A stretch of DNA of 64,000 bases from Desulfobacterales bacterium (GTDB taxonomy: Bacteria; Desulfobacterota; Desulfobacteria; Desulfobacterales; UBA2174): positions 320,001 through 384,000 of the forward strand of contig CAXXWC010000001.1 of NCBI GenBank assembly GCA_963668645.2, in the 5' to 3' direction. The notes under the pieces are model-generated. The model did not search any database. It was not told the DNA's origin and worked only from the letters and a program-made list of their open reading frames with translations. Below, piece after piece: positions 1 to 10,478 of this stretch; position 1 is the first letter of the stretch; every line of letters begins with the position of its first letter. A program made the translations under genes and the position numbers.

Positions 1-844
1 CGACATCCGGGCAAAGATATGCCCGTGGATCTCCGATTTCGTAAAGGATCTGTTCCTTGGCGGTACGCACGCTGACCAGGCCGCCCGAGCCCGGGTGCTT
101 GGTCAGGTAAAACGAACCGTTTGCATGCACCTCTACCAGGGGGTAGCCCATGTTGGAAAACGACGGCACTTCCTTCCAGAGGGTATAATTGCCGCCGGTG
201 GACTGGGCGCCGCACTCGATAAGATGCCCGGCGACCAAAGCGGCCGCCAGCCGGTCGAAATCGTCCCAGGCCCAGCCGAATTCATGAACGATGGGCGCCA
301 CCACGCTGGCCGCGTCGTAAGTGCGCCCGGTGATGACGATACGCGCCCCCTGCTCCAGCGCCGCCACGATGGGCCGGGCCCCGATGTAAGCATTGGCGGA
401 GATGACCTTGGCGTCCAGTGATGCCAATGGGGCGCCGGTATCCAGGTGGGTAAAGTCACATCCTTGTTCAATCATTTCCGGCAAACGGCCCGTAAGATCG
501 TCGCCGTCGACCACGGCCACCGGCAGGTGCAGGCCCTGGGCGACGATCTGTTCCTCGAGGGCTGCTGCGCAGGCGCGCGGGTTGATACCGCCGGCGTTGC
601 TGATGACGGTGATGTTCTTTTCCGCCACCTTGTTGAGCACCTTGGTCAGAGCCTGGACGAAATCCCGCGCGTACCCGGCCTGTGTATCCTTGGCGCGCTG
701 GCGTGCCAGAATAATCATGGTGATCTCGGCCAGGAAATCACCGGTCAGATAGTCGATCGGCCCACCGTCCAGCTGGCGTTGGATGGCCGCGACCTCATCG
801 CCCCAGAAACCGCTCGCATTGGCAATGACAATACGCTCTCGCAT
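1..844 (-). CDS. Acyclic terpene utilization AtuA-family (DUF1446) protein, 5' part; runs off the window edge
   Basis: Not in the ORF track. My translation from ATG 844 gives MRERIVIANASGFWGD...DYLTGDFLAEITM...NAGGINP...ANAYIGA...GHLIECGAQSTGGNY...EQILYEIGDP, typical of DUF1446/AtuA. Confidence 0.85.
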   Translation of the reverse strand, partial: MRERIVIANASGFWGDEVAAIQRQLDGGPIDYLTGDFLAEITMIILARQRAKDTQAGYARDFVQALTKVLNKVAEKNITVISNAGGINPRACAAALEEQIVAQGLHLPVAVVDGDDLTGRLPEMIEQGCDFTHLDTGAPLASLDAKVISANAYIGARPIVAALEQGARIVITGRTYDAASVVAPIVHEFGWAWDDFDRLAAALVAGHLIECGAQSTGGNYTLWKEVPSFSNMGYPLVEVHANGSFYLTKHPGSGGLVSVRTAKEQILYEIGDPRAYLCPDV

Positions 845-894
845 GAAAAGTCTCCTCTGTATCCACCGCGATGAAATCTTTTGACCGCCGCCGG

Positions 895-2103
895 TCAGGC
901 CACCGCTTCGGCCTGCCGCAGGGCGGCGACCTCATCCGCTTTCAGGTTCAACACCTCTTTGAGCACCGCATCGGTGTGCTCTCCCAGCAGCGGGGCCGGC
1001 GTTACGACCTCCGCCGGGGTTTCCGACAGGTTGACCGGCGAGCCGACCACCTTGATCATCCCGGCAACAGGATGTTCGATCTCCCGGATCATCCGCCTGG
1101 CCGTCACGATATGCTCGTCCTCGACGACCTCCTTGACCGTGTACAGGGGCGCGCAGGGAATCTTTTTGGACAGTAGGAACTCGACGATCCGCTCGACCTC
1201 CTGCTCTCCGGTCCACGCTTCGACCAGTGCCCTGACTTTCTCGTGGGCCTTGACCCGGTCGTAGTTGTCCAGGTAGGCCGGATCGTCCAGCAGTTCGGGT
1301 CGCCCGGTGGCGTGGCAGAACTCCTCCCAGAGCTTGTTGTTGCCCACGGCGATGATCACCCAGCCGTTTTTGGCCTTAAAGGTGTCGTAGGGGTAAATGA
1401 ACTCGTAGCGGTTGCCGGTGCGCTGCGGGATCCGCTTCTCCACCAGGTAGATCTGAATGATGGTTTCCATGGCCGAAACCACCGAGTCGACCAGGGCAAT
1501 GTCGACCTTCTGCCCGGGCCCGCCGCGCTGGACGGCGAGCAGCCCCGTAAGGATGCCGACGCAGGCGTTGAGCCCGGCGAGCACATCGGCGATGGCCGTG
1601 CCGGTGCGCGTCGGCGGGCTTTCCGGCCAACCGGTGACGCTCATGATCCCGCCCATGGCCTGGCCGACGATGTCGTAGCCGGGAAGATGCTTCTTCGGCC
1701 CCGAATGGCCGAACCCCGAAATGCTGGCATAGATGATCTGCGGGTTGCGCGACTTGATCGTCTCGTATCCCACCCCGAGTTTCTCCATGGTGCCCGGGCG
1801 GTAGTTTTCCAGCACCACGTCCGACTTTTCCACCAGGTCGAGAAAAATCTGCCTGGCCTGGGGCTTTTTCAGGTCGAGCACGATGCTCTTCTTGTTGCGG
1901 TTCAGATTCATGAAATAGGCGCTCTGGTCACCGATAAACGGCGGATAGCGCCGTGAATCGTCCCCCTGCCCCTGCATTTCGATCTTGATGATTTCCGCTC
2001 CCATATCACCGAGCAGCATGGTGCAAAATGGTCCGGCCAGGACCCGGGTCAGATCGAGCACGCGAATGCCCTTCAAGGCCCCGCCTTTATCCGTAGTAGC
2101 CAT
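895..2103 (-). CDS. CoA-transferase family III (CaiB/BaiF)
   Basis: LKGIRVLDLTRVLAGP, NRNKKSIVLDLK, ENYRPG, ISGFG, GYD motifs. Confidence 0.95.
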   Translation of the reverse strand: MATTDKGGALKGIRVLDLTRVLAGPFCTMLLGDMGAEIIKIEMQGQGDDSRRYPPFIGDQSAYFMNLNRNKKSIVLDLKKPQARQIFLDLVEKSDVVLENYRPGTMEKLGVGYETIKSRNPQIIYASISGFGHSGPKKHLPGYDIVGQAMGGIMSVTGWPESPPTRTGTAIADVLAGLNACVGILTGLLAVQRGGPGQKVDIALVDSVVSAMETIIQIYLVEKRIPQRTGNRYEFIYPYDTFKAKNGWVIIAVGNNKLWEEFCHATGRPELLDDPAYLDNYDRVKAHEKVRALVEAWTGEQEVERIVEFLLSKKIPCAPLYTVKEVVEDEHIVTARRMIREIEHPVAGMIKVVGSPVNLSETPAEVVTPAPLLGEHTDAVLKEVLNLKADEVAALRQAEAVA

Positions 2104-2127
2104 AAAAATCCTCCGTCGGCGGTTGAT

Positions 2128-4029
2128 TCATGCCGTGGTTGTCACAAGCCGTGTCTTTGTCCGCCTGCGAAGGGCATAGAGCCCGATGGTGATCGCCAGG
2201 GCGACCAGCGAAGTCCACATCCCAGGCAGGATGGCCATCACAGCCACGATGAGCCACAGCAGTTTGTCCAGTACAGGTTTCGCGGTAACTTTCAGCCCGC
2301 CGAAGAGATTGGCGAACGAGAGAACGAAAATGCCGCCTGAAAAGGCTGCCCGTAAAAAGCCCGCCACGCCCGCCTGGGCCAGCATGCCGGGGTAGATGAT
2401 AAACAGAAACGGGATGACGTAGGTGACGGCCCCCAGGGAAAGGGCATACTTGGCGGTCTGGGTCCATTCGGTCTCCGCGATTCCCGAACCGACAAACACG
2501 GCGATGCACACCGGCGGCGTGATCACCGATAAGGTGGCGTAGTAAAAAACGAACAGGTGGGCCACGATAGGCGCCACCCCCATCTTGATCATCGCCGGTG
2601 CCAGGACCGCCGCCACCAGCACGTAGGCGGCCGTGGTCGGGATCCCCATCCCCATGATCATGCAAACCACGGCGACGATGATCGCCACGATGAAAATGCT
2701 GTCCCCGCCCATGGTGACGATCAGCGAAGAAAGGGTGATGCCGAGACCGGTCATGTTGATCATGGCCACCATGATCTGGGCCCCGGCCAGCAGGATGCCG
2801 ATGATCAGCAACCCCTTGGAGGCATCCTTGAAGGCCCGGATCAACTGCTTGGCTGCCGGGCCCAGATCGGCCGCGGATCGGATGCGGGTGATCGGAAAGA
2901 CGATCAGGGCCGCGGCCATGCCGAAGAAAGCTGCCGTCTGGATGGCGTTGCCCCGGAATATGCCCACGAACAGGGCCCCCAGGGCGGCCACCACCGGAGT
3001 CAGGCGGCGCCAGTAAAGGATCTCCTTCCAGGCCGGCACTTCGGCGTCGGGCAGGCATCCGAGGTTGTGTTCCTTGGCCATGACATCGATGGTCATAAAC
3101 ACGCCGGCGTAGAATAAGATCGCCGGCAGCGCGGCGGCCACAATGATCGAGAAGTACTCCACGCCGATGATCTCGGCCATGATGAAGGCCGCGGCCCCCA
3201 TGATCGGCGGGGCGAGCTGGCCGCCGGTGGAGGCCACCGCCTCGGTGCCGGCGGCCATGGCCGGCGGGTAGTTCAGGCGCTTCATCAACGGAATGGTGAA
3301 ATTGCCCGTGGTGGCGACGTTGGCCACCGCGCTGCCGCTGACCATGCCGAAGAGCCCCGAGGCGATGGTGGCGATCTTGGCGCCGCCGCCCGGGGCCCGG
3401 CCGCCCAGGCGCATGGCCAGGTCGATGAAGGTCTGGCCGCCGCCGGTGTTGAGCAGGATCCCGCCAAAGAGGGTAAAGGCGGCGATGATGGTGGCCGCCA
3501 CCCCCATCAGCATCCCCCACACCCCCAGATCCCCGAGAAACAGGGTCTCGGTGACAAAATAGACGTCAAAACCGCGGTGGCCGAGACGTCCGGGCACGTA
3601 TTCGCCGAACAGGGCATAGACCAGGATGATCACCACAATGGTCGGAAAAATGTAACCGATGGCCCGCCTGGCGATCTCCAGCACCACCAGCGACAGGGCC
3701 GCGGTCATGAAAATGTCGTAGGATTGGGCCATGGGCAGCGTCGTCATGATCGTCTCGTAATTGACGATGACATAGGTACAGGCGGCCAACGACACCAGCA
3801 CCATGCACAGATCGATGAAAATTCCCGCCTTACGCCATCGTGTGTCCCCCCAGAGCGGGTAGTAAAGAACGCCCAGGCAGATCAGAATCGCCAGAAAAAT
3901 GGCGCGCTGAATAATGCCCTCGAAAGGACCGGTGCCGCAGGTGTACAGCACGAACAGGCTCAACAGAACGGACAACAAGGCGATGCCCTTATGACGCAGT
4001 CCTTCTTTTTCCGCACTCACAGCGTTCAT
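2128..4029 (-). CDS. TRAP transporter fused 4TM/12TM permease (TAXI type)
   Basis: Highly hydrophobic; SGSAVANV, EAVASTGGQLAPPIMGAAAF, GMGIPTTAAY, ITPPV motifs. Confidence 0.93.
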   Translation of the reverse strand: MNAVSAEKEGLRHKGIALLSVLLSLFVLYTCGTGPFEGIIQRAIFLAILICLGVLYYPLWGDTRWRKAGIFIDLCMVLVSLAACTYVIVNYETIMTTLPMAQSYDIFMTAALSLVVLEIARRAIGYIFPTIVVIILVYALFGEYVPGRLGHRGFDVYFVTETLFLGDLGVWGMLMGVAATIIAAFTLFGGILLNTGGGQTFIDLAMRLGGRAPGGGAKIATIASGLFGMVSGSAVANVATTGNFTIPLMKRLNYPPAMAAGTEAVASTGGQLAPPIMGAAAFIMAEIIGVEYFSIIVAAALPAILFYAGVFMTIDVMAKEHNLGCLPDAEVPAWKEILYWRRLTPVVAALGALFVGIFRGNAIQTAAFFGMAAALIVFPITRIRSAADLGPAAKQLIRAFKDASKGLLIIGILLAGAQIMVAMINMTGLGITLSSLIVTMGGDSIFIVAIIVAVVCMIMGMGIPTTAAYVLVAAVLAPAMIKMGVAPIVAHLFVFYYATLSVITPPVCIAVFVGSGIAETEWTQTAKYALSLGAVTYVIPFLFIIYPGMLAQAGVAGFLRAAFSGGIFVLSFANLFGGLKVTAKPVLDKLLWLIVAVMAILPGMWTSLVALAITIGLYALRRRTKTRLVTTTA

Positions 4030-4133
4030 GCCTCCCCCGATTCCATGACGGTTGAAAGATTACACTTCTTGCCGGTGGGCGCCGGGCGCCCACCGGTTGT
4101 TGTCTTATCGTCGAACTCGGGTTCCATCCGGCG

Positions 4134-5114
4134 TTACGGTTCGATCAGACGATCCGGAATCCGGGCACCGATCTCCTTGAAGTAGCGGATCGCTCCCGGA
4201 TGAAGCGGCGATGTGGCGTATTTCATGGTCATCTCGACAAAGTCCGCCCCCTTGACACTGGCCATGGCCGAGGCCTGCAAGGTCTTGTCTTCGCAGACCG
4301 CCTTGACAATCCGGTAGGCGACATCTTCATCCAGGTTCAGCGAGGCGCTGCAGCCGACGGCAAATCCCCATGTCGTGTAGGCGCCGATGTCCGGGCCGGC
4401 ACCGGCTGGCACATCGACAATGGACAGCTCGGGCAAGGCCTCCCTGATGCGACCGGCCTGATCCTTGTCCAGCGAGAGAATGGTGACGGGCGTAAAGGTG
4501 GAGATATCGCGGGATGAGGCATCGATCTTCATCCCGGCGCCGGACTTGACATATCCCCTGATGTGATTGTCCTTGACGGCGGTGACGATGTCGGTGGTCG
4601 AACCGCGCACGTAATCCGGTTGGATGCCGAGCACCTTGAATACGGCCTCGGTGGTCTTTTCCGAGGCGGATCCTTTCAGCCCCGGATTGAAACGCTGGCC
4701 CTCGAGTTCGGTAAGGCTGCTCAGTCCCGCATCCTTGCGTACAATGGCATTCTGGGGAGCGATGACGTAGACCCACAACAGCTTCGATTTGACCGCGCGT
4801 CCCTTGAAGCCCTCCTTTCCAAAGTAGGCCTGGGACAACACGTTGGTGGTGGCCAACCCGAGATCGATCTGATTGCGGGCGATGCGGCGCAGGTTATCCA
4901 CCGCGGCCCCGGTCTCGACTACCGAGGAATCTACGTCGGCCACTTTCTGGTTGATCACCTGTGAAACGGCGACAAAATAGCCGTAATGGCTCGAGGATGC
5001 CGATGTCGATCCGATGAGCAATTTTTGGGCTGCCATCGAGGGCCCGGCCAGGACGATTGCCAGCATGAAGACGGTCCACAGCGATAGATTGACGATCCCT
5101 TGCTTTCCTTTCAT
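4134..5114 (-). CDS. TAXI-family TRAP solute-binding protein
   Basis: Start set at ATG 5114 behind GGAGGAGG; signal peptide; ETGAAVDNL and C-terminal PLHPGAIRYFKE. Confidence 0.92.
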   Translation of the reverse strand: MKGKQGIVNLSLWTVFMLAIVLAGPSMAAQKLLIGSTSASSSHYGYFVAVSQVINQKVADVDSSVVETGAAVDNLRRIARNQIDLGLATTNVLSQAYFGKEGFKGRAVKSKLLWVYVIAPQNAIVRKDAGLSSLTELEGQRFNPGLKGSASEKTTEAVFKVLGIQPDYVRGSTTDIVTAVKDNHIRGYVKSGAGMKIDASSRDISTFTPVTILSLDKDQAGRIREALPELSIVDVPAGAGPDIGAYTTWGFAVGCSASLNLDEDVAYRIVKAVCEDKTLQASAMASVKGADFVEMTMKYATSPLHPGAIRYFKEIGARIPDRLIEP

Positions 5115-5445
5115 GACCTCCTCCTCTCTTTTGTCCCTGCTGTTTTTTCTCCACTGAGCCGGCGGCAAGGACCGGCGCATCAACCTTTCAGGCGGGAAAC
5201 CCGCATCAAACAAGAACCGGCTACACTCCTCGGCCAATTGTTTTTGCCCTTGCTGACTTTCTGCCTCCTTTCCCGCTCGTTCACGCCCCTTTTTCGTTGC
5301 CTGGCCCTCTTATCGGCGGGGTGTGCGAGACGATCGTGGTGCCGATCATGAGCCCGAGGTGGAGAACGGCACAGCCTGGACCACTCGCTTTATGGATCGG
5401 CTCTGATCTTTGGCGGCCATCGTCCTCTTCCTCCCCTGCTATAAA

Positions 5446-5521
5446 ATTCCGTATATCGGAATATTTCTTTTATTTATTTCGTTTTTCGGAATTCGATACC
5501 AACACAAAACCCGCATGTCAA
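5446..5521 (-). promoter_or_regulatory. Putative sigma70 promoter (TTGACA at 5516-5521 on minus strand) with two IclR-like operator palindromes
   Basis: ATTCCGTATATCGGAAT (5446-5462) and ATTTCGTTTTTCGGAAT (5476-5492), 30 bp apart, upstream of the TAXI operon. Confidence 0.45.
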
Positions 5522-5718
5522 GCATTTCTTTTGCCACCGCCTGACCGGTGTCGCCTCAGGCCGTATCGATAGACACATCCATTTGTTAACAAAGCGGATT
5601 TTGAGAAAATCACCCATCGATTGCCAGGCGGTGGCAGGGCTTTCCGGCAAGGGTCGCACGCGAAGAAGCGGCGCTTTTCATTTGAGCCGTTTCTCTGAAT
5701 GGGATATCATTGGCCACA

Positions 5719-6867
5719 ATGAATCCACGAACGGTCAACCAGGCGGTTGTTGTACTGCTGGTGGCGCTGATCTCGGCCATCTTCCTGGCCATGGTACGCC
5801 ACTTTCTCATGGCCTTGCTGCTCGCGGGCATCTTCTCGGCTCTGGCGCGGCCCGTCTACCGCCGCATCCAACGCTGGTGCGGCCAACGATCGAGTCTTGC
5901 CTCGGCGCTGACGCTGCTTCTAATGGTGCTGGTGGTGTTGCTGCCGTTGACAGCCCTGCTGGGCATCGTCACGGCCCAGGCCATTAAGGTCGGCCAGTCG
6001 GCCACCCCCTGGGTGCAACAGCAGATCCACCAGCCCGGTGCTTTTTCCGAGATGTTGCGCCACCTGCCCTTTTACGACCAGGCATCAGAGCTGATTCTGC
6101 CCTACCATGAAACCCTTTTGCGCAAGGCCGGCGAATTGGTCGGATCCCTGAGCCAGTTTCTGATCGGCGGTCTGCGCTCGGCCACCTTGGGTACGGCCAA
6201 CTTTTTGTTCATGCTCTTCGTGCTGCTTTACACCATGTTCTTCTTTCTAATTGACGGCGACCGGCTCCTGGCCAAGATTCTCTATTATCTGCCCCTCGAA
6301 GACCGGGATGAGCGGCGCATGCTCGACAAGTTCACCTCGGTCACCCGGGCCACCCTGAAGGGAACCGCGGTCATCGGCCTGCTCCAGGGCACTTTGGCCG
6401 GGACCGCCTTCTGGGCTGTGGGCATCCCCAGCGCCGTGTTCTGGGGCACGGTCATGGCGGTCCTGTCGATTATTCCCGGCATCGGTACCGGGCTGGTCTG
6501 GGCACCGGCGGCCCTGATCCTGGCCGCCAGCGGCAACTGGATCAAAGCCGCCGGATTGGCGGCCTTTTGCGGGCTGGTGGTGGGCAGCGTGGACAACTTC
6601 CTCAGACCCCGCCTGGTCGGCAAGGACACCCAGATGCACGAGCTGATGATCCTCTTTTCGACCTTGGGCGGAATCGCCATGTTCGGGGTTCTGGGGGTGA
6701 TCATCGGACCGATCATCGCGGCCCTTTTCGTCACCGTTTGGGAGATCTACGGCGTGGTTTTCGCCGATTTTCTACCCGCCGTCGGCAGCGGCGAAAAAGC
6801 CCACCAACCCGCATCACCCGATGCCGAGCCGGAACAAGACCCACCGTCAGACGCCGAGGCCCTGTGA
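5719..6867 (+). CDS. AI-2E family transporter
   Basis: Hydrophobic; FFFLIDG, IPGIGTGLVW, DNFLRPRLVG, FGVLGVIIGP motifs. Confidence 0.92.
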   Translation: MNPRTVNQAVVVLLVALISAIFLAMVRHFLMALLLAGIFSALARPVYRRIQRWCGQRSSLASALTLLLMVLVVLLPLTALLGIVTAQAIKVGQSATPWVQQQIHQPGAFSEMLRHLPFYDQASELILPYHETLLRKAGELVGSLSQFLIGGLRSATLGTANFLFMLFVLLYTMFFFLIDGDRLLAKILYYLPLEDRDERRMLDKFTSVTRATLKGTAVIGLLQGTLAGTAFWAVGIPSAVFWGTVMAVLSIIPGIGTGLVWAPAALILAASGNWIKAAGLAAFCGLVVGSVDNFLRPRLVGKDTQMHELMILFSTLGGIAMFGVLGVIIGPIIAALFVTVWEIYGVVFADFLPAVGSGEKAHQPASPDAEPEQDPPSDAEAL

Positions 6868-7064
6868 ATCTTCGCTTGCCGCTGCCCGGCAGCCCCTTGC
6901 ACAGAATCGTCAGGTGTGGCAAAAGAGCCGGTATCTCAATCTCGCCTTGCAGTAGGAACCACGCATTTTTACGGACTCATTGAACCGGTAAGTAAACCGG
7001 AAGATCGAAGGAGAATTTAGCCCGGACAACCGGCCGGCCGGTCGCAACCCGTTCCCCAAAGGAG

Positions 7065-9023
7065 ATGAAGATGACGCAACCCCTGTGGCAGCCTTCGCTT
7101 CAACAGATCGAGCAGGCCAACCTGACGCGCTTCATCGGCTATGTCAACGGCCGTTATGGCAAGGATTTTAAGGACTACCGGGATCTTTACGGCTGGTCGG
7201 TCAGCGAAATTGCAGATTTTTGGGCCGCACTGTGGGATTTTTTGCCGATTCTTCACTCCCGCGGCTACGACCAGGTGGTGGACGATCCGTACCGCATGCC
7301 TGGCGTCCGATGGTTTGCCGGTGCCGAACTGAACTTCGCCCAAAACCTGATGCGCTACGAAGATGATGGCACGGCGCTGGTGTTCAAGAGTGAAGCCAAA
7401 CCGGCAGTGAGGCTCAGCTATGCCCAATTGCACCGGCAGGTCGGACGCCTGGCCGCAGCCCTGCAAGGGGCCGGGGTGGTCAGGGGGGACCGGGTCGCCG
7501 GATTCATGCCCAACATGATCGAAACCGTCGTGGCCATGCTGGCCACGGCCCGTTTGGGGGCTGTCTGGTCATCCTGCTCGCCGGATTTCGGCATCAAGGG
7601 CGTGCTGGATCGCTTCGGGCAGATCATGCCAACGGTTTTGTTTACCGCCGACGGCTACTATTATAACGGCAAGTCTTTCGACAGCCTGGACCGCATAGCG
7701 GACATCATCGGCCAACTGCCCGCCACCCGAAAGGTCGTGGTGGTTCCCTACATCGAAGCCAAGCCGGATATCCACCGGGTCCCGGGCGCGGTTCTGTGGG
7801 ATGATTTCATGGCCGGGGCCGGCCCTCAGGTGCCCGAGTTTGCCCAGGTGCCTTTCGGCCACCCGCTTTACATCATGTATTCATCGGGGACCACCGGCAA
7901 ACCCAAGTGCATGGTTCAAAGTGCCGGCGGGATTCTGATCAATCAGATGAAAGAGCACGTTTTACATGTGGATCTGAAGCGAACGGACCGGATCTTTTAC
8001 TATACCACCTGCGGTTGGATGATGTGGAACTGGCTCGTTTGCAGCCTGGCGGTGGGCGCCACGGCCGTACTCTACGACGGCTCGCCCTTCCATCCGGACG
8101 GCAACGTGCTCTGGCAGCTGGCCGAATCCGAACGGGTGACGGTTTTCGGCACCAGCGCCCGTTACATCACCGCCCTTGAACAGAGCGGGGTCCGCCCCGG
8201 CGCCCACTTCGACCTCTCGGCCTTGAGGGCCGTGCTTTCCACCGGTTCTCCGCTGCCGGCCGACGGTTTCGCTTACGCATACAGGGAAATCAAGTCCGAC
8301 CTGCAGCTCGCCTCCATCTCGGGAGGCACGGACATCAACGGCTGTTTTGCCGGCGGCAATCCCATCGGCCCCGTATACCCCGGGCAGCTCCAATGCCGGC
8401 AGCTCGGCATGAAGGTGGCCGCCTACGACGACAACGGCCGCGCCGTGGTGGGCCAGACAGGAGAGCTGGTTTGCGAGGCGGCTTCTCCCTCGATGCCGAT
8501 CTATTTCTGGGATGACCCGCAGGGTGAAAAATACCGCAAGGCGTACTTCGACAAGTATCCGGGCATCTGGTGCCACGGCGATTTTATCCAGATCACGCCC
8601 CAAGACGGGGTCATCATTTACGGCCGCTCGGATGCCACCCTCAATCCGGGCGGGGTGCGCATCGGCACGGCGGACATCTATTCGGTGGTCGAAACCCTGC
8701 CCGAAATCGACGACAGCCTGGTGGTGGGTCAAGATTGGCAAAACGACGTGCGCATCGTGCTCTTCGTCAAGCTGGCCGAAGGGCATACGTTGAACGAAGC
8801 CCTGGAGGCCAGGATCCGCAAGGCGATCCGCACCCAGACTACGCCGCGCCACGTGCCGGCCAAAATAATCCCGGTGGACGATGTGCCTTACACCATCAAC
8901 ATGAAAAAGGTAGAATTGGCGGTACGCAACGTCATCCACGGCAGACCGGTAACCAACAAGGACGCCTTGGCCAATCCGAGAGCCCTGGACCTGTATGCCG
9001 ATCTGCCAGAACTGAAGATTTAA
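7065..9023 (+). CDS. Acetoacetate-CoA ligase
   Basis: YSSGTTGKPKC AMP-binding loop, YTTCGWMMWNW, SISGGTD, GRSDATLNPGGVRIGT. Confidence 0.93.
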   Translation: MKMTQPLWQPSLQQIEQANLTRFIGYVNGRYGKDFKDYRDLYGWSVSEIADFWAALWDFLPILHSRGYDQVVDDPYRMPGVRWFAGAELNFAQNLMRYEDDGTALVFKSEAKPAVRLSYAQLHRQVGRLAAALQGAGVVRGDRVAGFMPNMIETVVAMLATARLGAVWSSCSPDFGIKGVLDRFGQIMPTVLFTADGYYYNGKSFDSLDRIADIIGQLPATRKVVVVPYIEAKPDIHRVPGAVLWDDFMAGAGPQVPEFAQVPFGHPLYIMYSSGTTGKPKCMVQSAGGILINQMKEHVLHVDLKRTDRIFYYTTCGWMMWNWLVCSLAVGATAVLYDGSPFHPDGNVLWQLAESERVTVFGTSARYITALEQSGVRPGAHFDLSALRAVLSTGSPLPADGFAYAYREIKSDLQLASISGGTDINGCFAGGNPIGPVYPGQLQCRQLGMKVAAYDDNGRAVVGQTGELVCEAASPSMPIYFWDDPQGEKYRKAYFDKYPGIWCHGDFIQITPQDGVIIYGRSDATLNPGGVRIGTADIYSVVETLPEIDDSLVVGQDWQNDVRIVLFVKLAEGHTLNEALEARIRKAIRTQTTPRHVPAKIIPVDDVPYTINMKKVELAVRNVIHGRPVTNKDALANPRALDLYADLPELKI

Positions 9024-9037
9024 CGACAAGGATCCTC

Positions 9038-9490
9038 ATGGCATTTCATCTCCACGACTGGCACTGGCTGGTGCTCGGCATGCTGCTGATCATCGCCGAA
9101 CTTTTCTTGCCCAGTTTCACCATTTTCTGGTTCGGACTGGGCGCCCTGGTCGTGGCCGCAGGCCTCTTTCTGGCCCCGGGCATGCCCCTGAGCACCCAGA
9201 TTTTTATCTGGGCCTGCGCCTCGGCGGTGTTTACCTTTCTCTGGTTCCGCCTGATCCGCCCGCGCATGAAAGACCGCACCAAGGCCGGAATCAGCCGCGA
9301 AGCGGTGCTGGGCGAAAGCGGCCAGGTGATCCGGACCCCGGAAGAAAACCGCCGCGGCACGGTACGCTTCGCCACCCCGCTGCTGGGGGCCGATGAGTGG
9401 CCCTTTATCTGCGAAGAATCCGTGGCAACCGGCGATCGGGTTTTCGTGCGCGACATTTCGGGGAACACCCTAATTGTGGAAAAACGCTGA
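9038..9490 (+). CDS. NfeD-family membrane protein
   Basis: Real start is ATG 9038 (MAFHLHDWHWLVLG); three TM helices plus C-terminal OB fold; precedes SPFH gene. Confidence 0.88.
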   Translation: MAFHLHDWHWLVLGMLLIIAELFLPSFTIFWFGLGALVVAAGLFLAPGMPLSTQIFIWACASAVFTFLWFRLIRPRMKDRTKAGISREAVLGESGQVIRTPEENRRGTVRFATPLLGADEWPFICEESVATGDRVFVRDISGNTLIVEKR

Positions 9491-9556
9491 AGGACTTGCC
9501 GGGTGCAACATGCGGCGGTAAATTAATGCTGGATTCAACCAAAAGGCAGGTAGTCC

Positions 9557-10414
9557 ATGAACGGTCTGATCGTTGTAACCGTGTTCTTCATTCTGGTGGT
9601 TGTGACCATCTTCCTCGGGGTGCGCATCGTGCCCCAGGGCAGCAAACATGTGGTCCAGCGTTTAGGCAAATACAGCAAAACCCTGGGCCCGGGGCTGAAC
9701 CTGATCATTCCCTATGTTGACACCGTGGCCTACAAGGTAACCACCAAGGATATCGTTCTGGACATCCCCAGCCAGGAGGTCATCACCCGGGACAATGCCG
9801 TCATGGTCGTCAACGCGGTGGCCTATATCAACATCGTCTCGCCGGAAAAGGCGGTCTACGGGGTGGAAGACTACAATATCGCCATCCAGAATCTCGTCCA
9901 GACTTCCCTGCGCTCCATCGTCGGTGAGATGGATCTCGACGATGCGCTTTCATCCCGTGACCAGATCAAGGCCAAACTCAAAGCGGCCATTTCCGATGAC
10001 ATCGCCGACTGGGGCATCACGTTGAAAACCGTCGAAATTCAGGATATCAATCCCTCCCAGACCATGCAAAAGGCCATGGAGGAGCAGGCTGCGGCCGAAC
10101 GGGCGCGGCGGGCCACCGTGACCCGGGCCGACGGGGAAAAGGCCGCCGCCATCCTCGAGGCCGAAGGCCGCATGGAAGCGGCCAAGCGCGACGCCCAGGC
10201 CAAAGTGCTGCTGGCCGAAGGCACCCAGCGTGCCATCAGCAAGATCACCGAGGCCATCGGCGCGAACGACCTGCCGGTGATGTACCTATTGGGAGAGAAA
10301 TACGTCGAGGCGGTCCGCGCCATGGCGGTTTCGAATAACGCCAAAATCGTCCTGCTGCCCGGGGATCTGCCCCAGGCCGTCGGCACGGTGCTGGGCACAA
10401 TGGGAAGGAAGTAG
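9557..10414 (+). CDS. SPFH/band-7 (stomatin/QmcA-like) protein
   Basis: N-terminal TM, VVQRLGKY, SQEVITRDN, AERARRA coiled coil. Confidence 0.95.
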   Translation: MNGLIVVTVFFILVVVTIFLGVRIVPQGSKHVVQRLGKYSKTLGPGLNLIIPYVDTVAYKVTTKDIVLDIPSQEVITRDNAVMVVNAVAYINIVSPEKAVYGVEDYNIAIQNLVQTSLRSIVGEMDLDDALSSRDQIKAKLKAAISDDIADWGITLKTVEIQDINPSQTMQKAMEEQAAAERARRATVTRADGEKAAAILEAEGRMEAAKRDAQAKVLLAEGTQRAISKITEAIGANDLPVMYLLGEKYVEAVRAMAVSNNAKIVLLPGDLPQAVGTVLGTMGRK

Positions 10415-10478
10415 CCGGAAAGGAACACATTCCATGAGCAGTGAACAGTGGACCGGCCGCCGCAAGAAAGGCGGCGAT

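Noticed and set aside
8570..9037. N-terminal extensions in the ORF track (NfeD from 8570, ferritin-like from 16979, SEC-C from 33691, MBL from 41448)
   Set aside because: Three overlap upstream genes; in all four, family similarity begins at a later start codon
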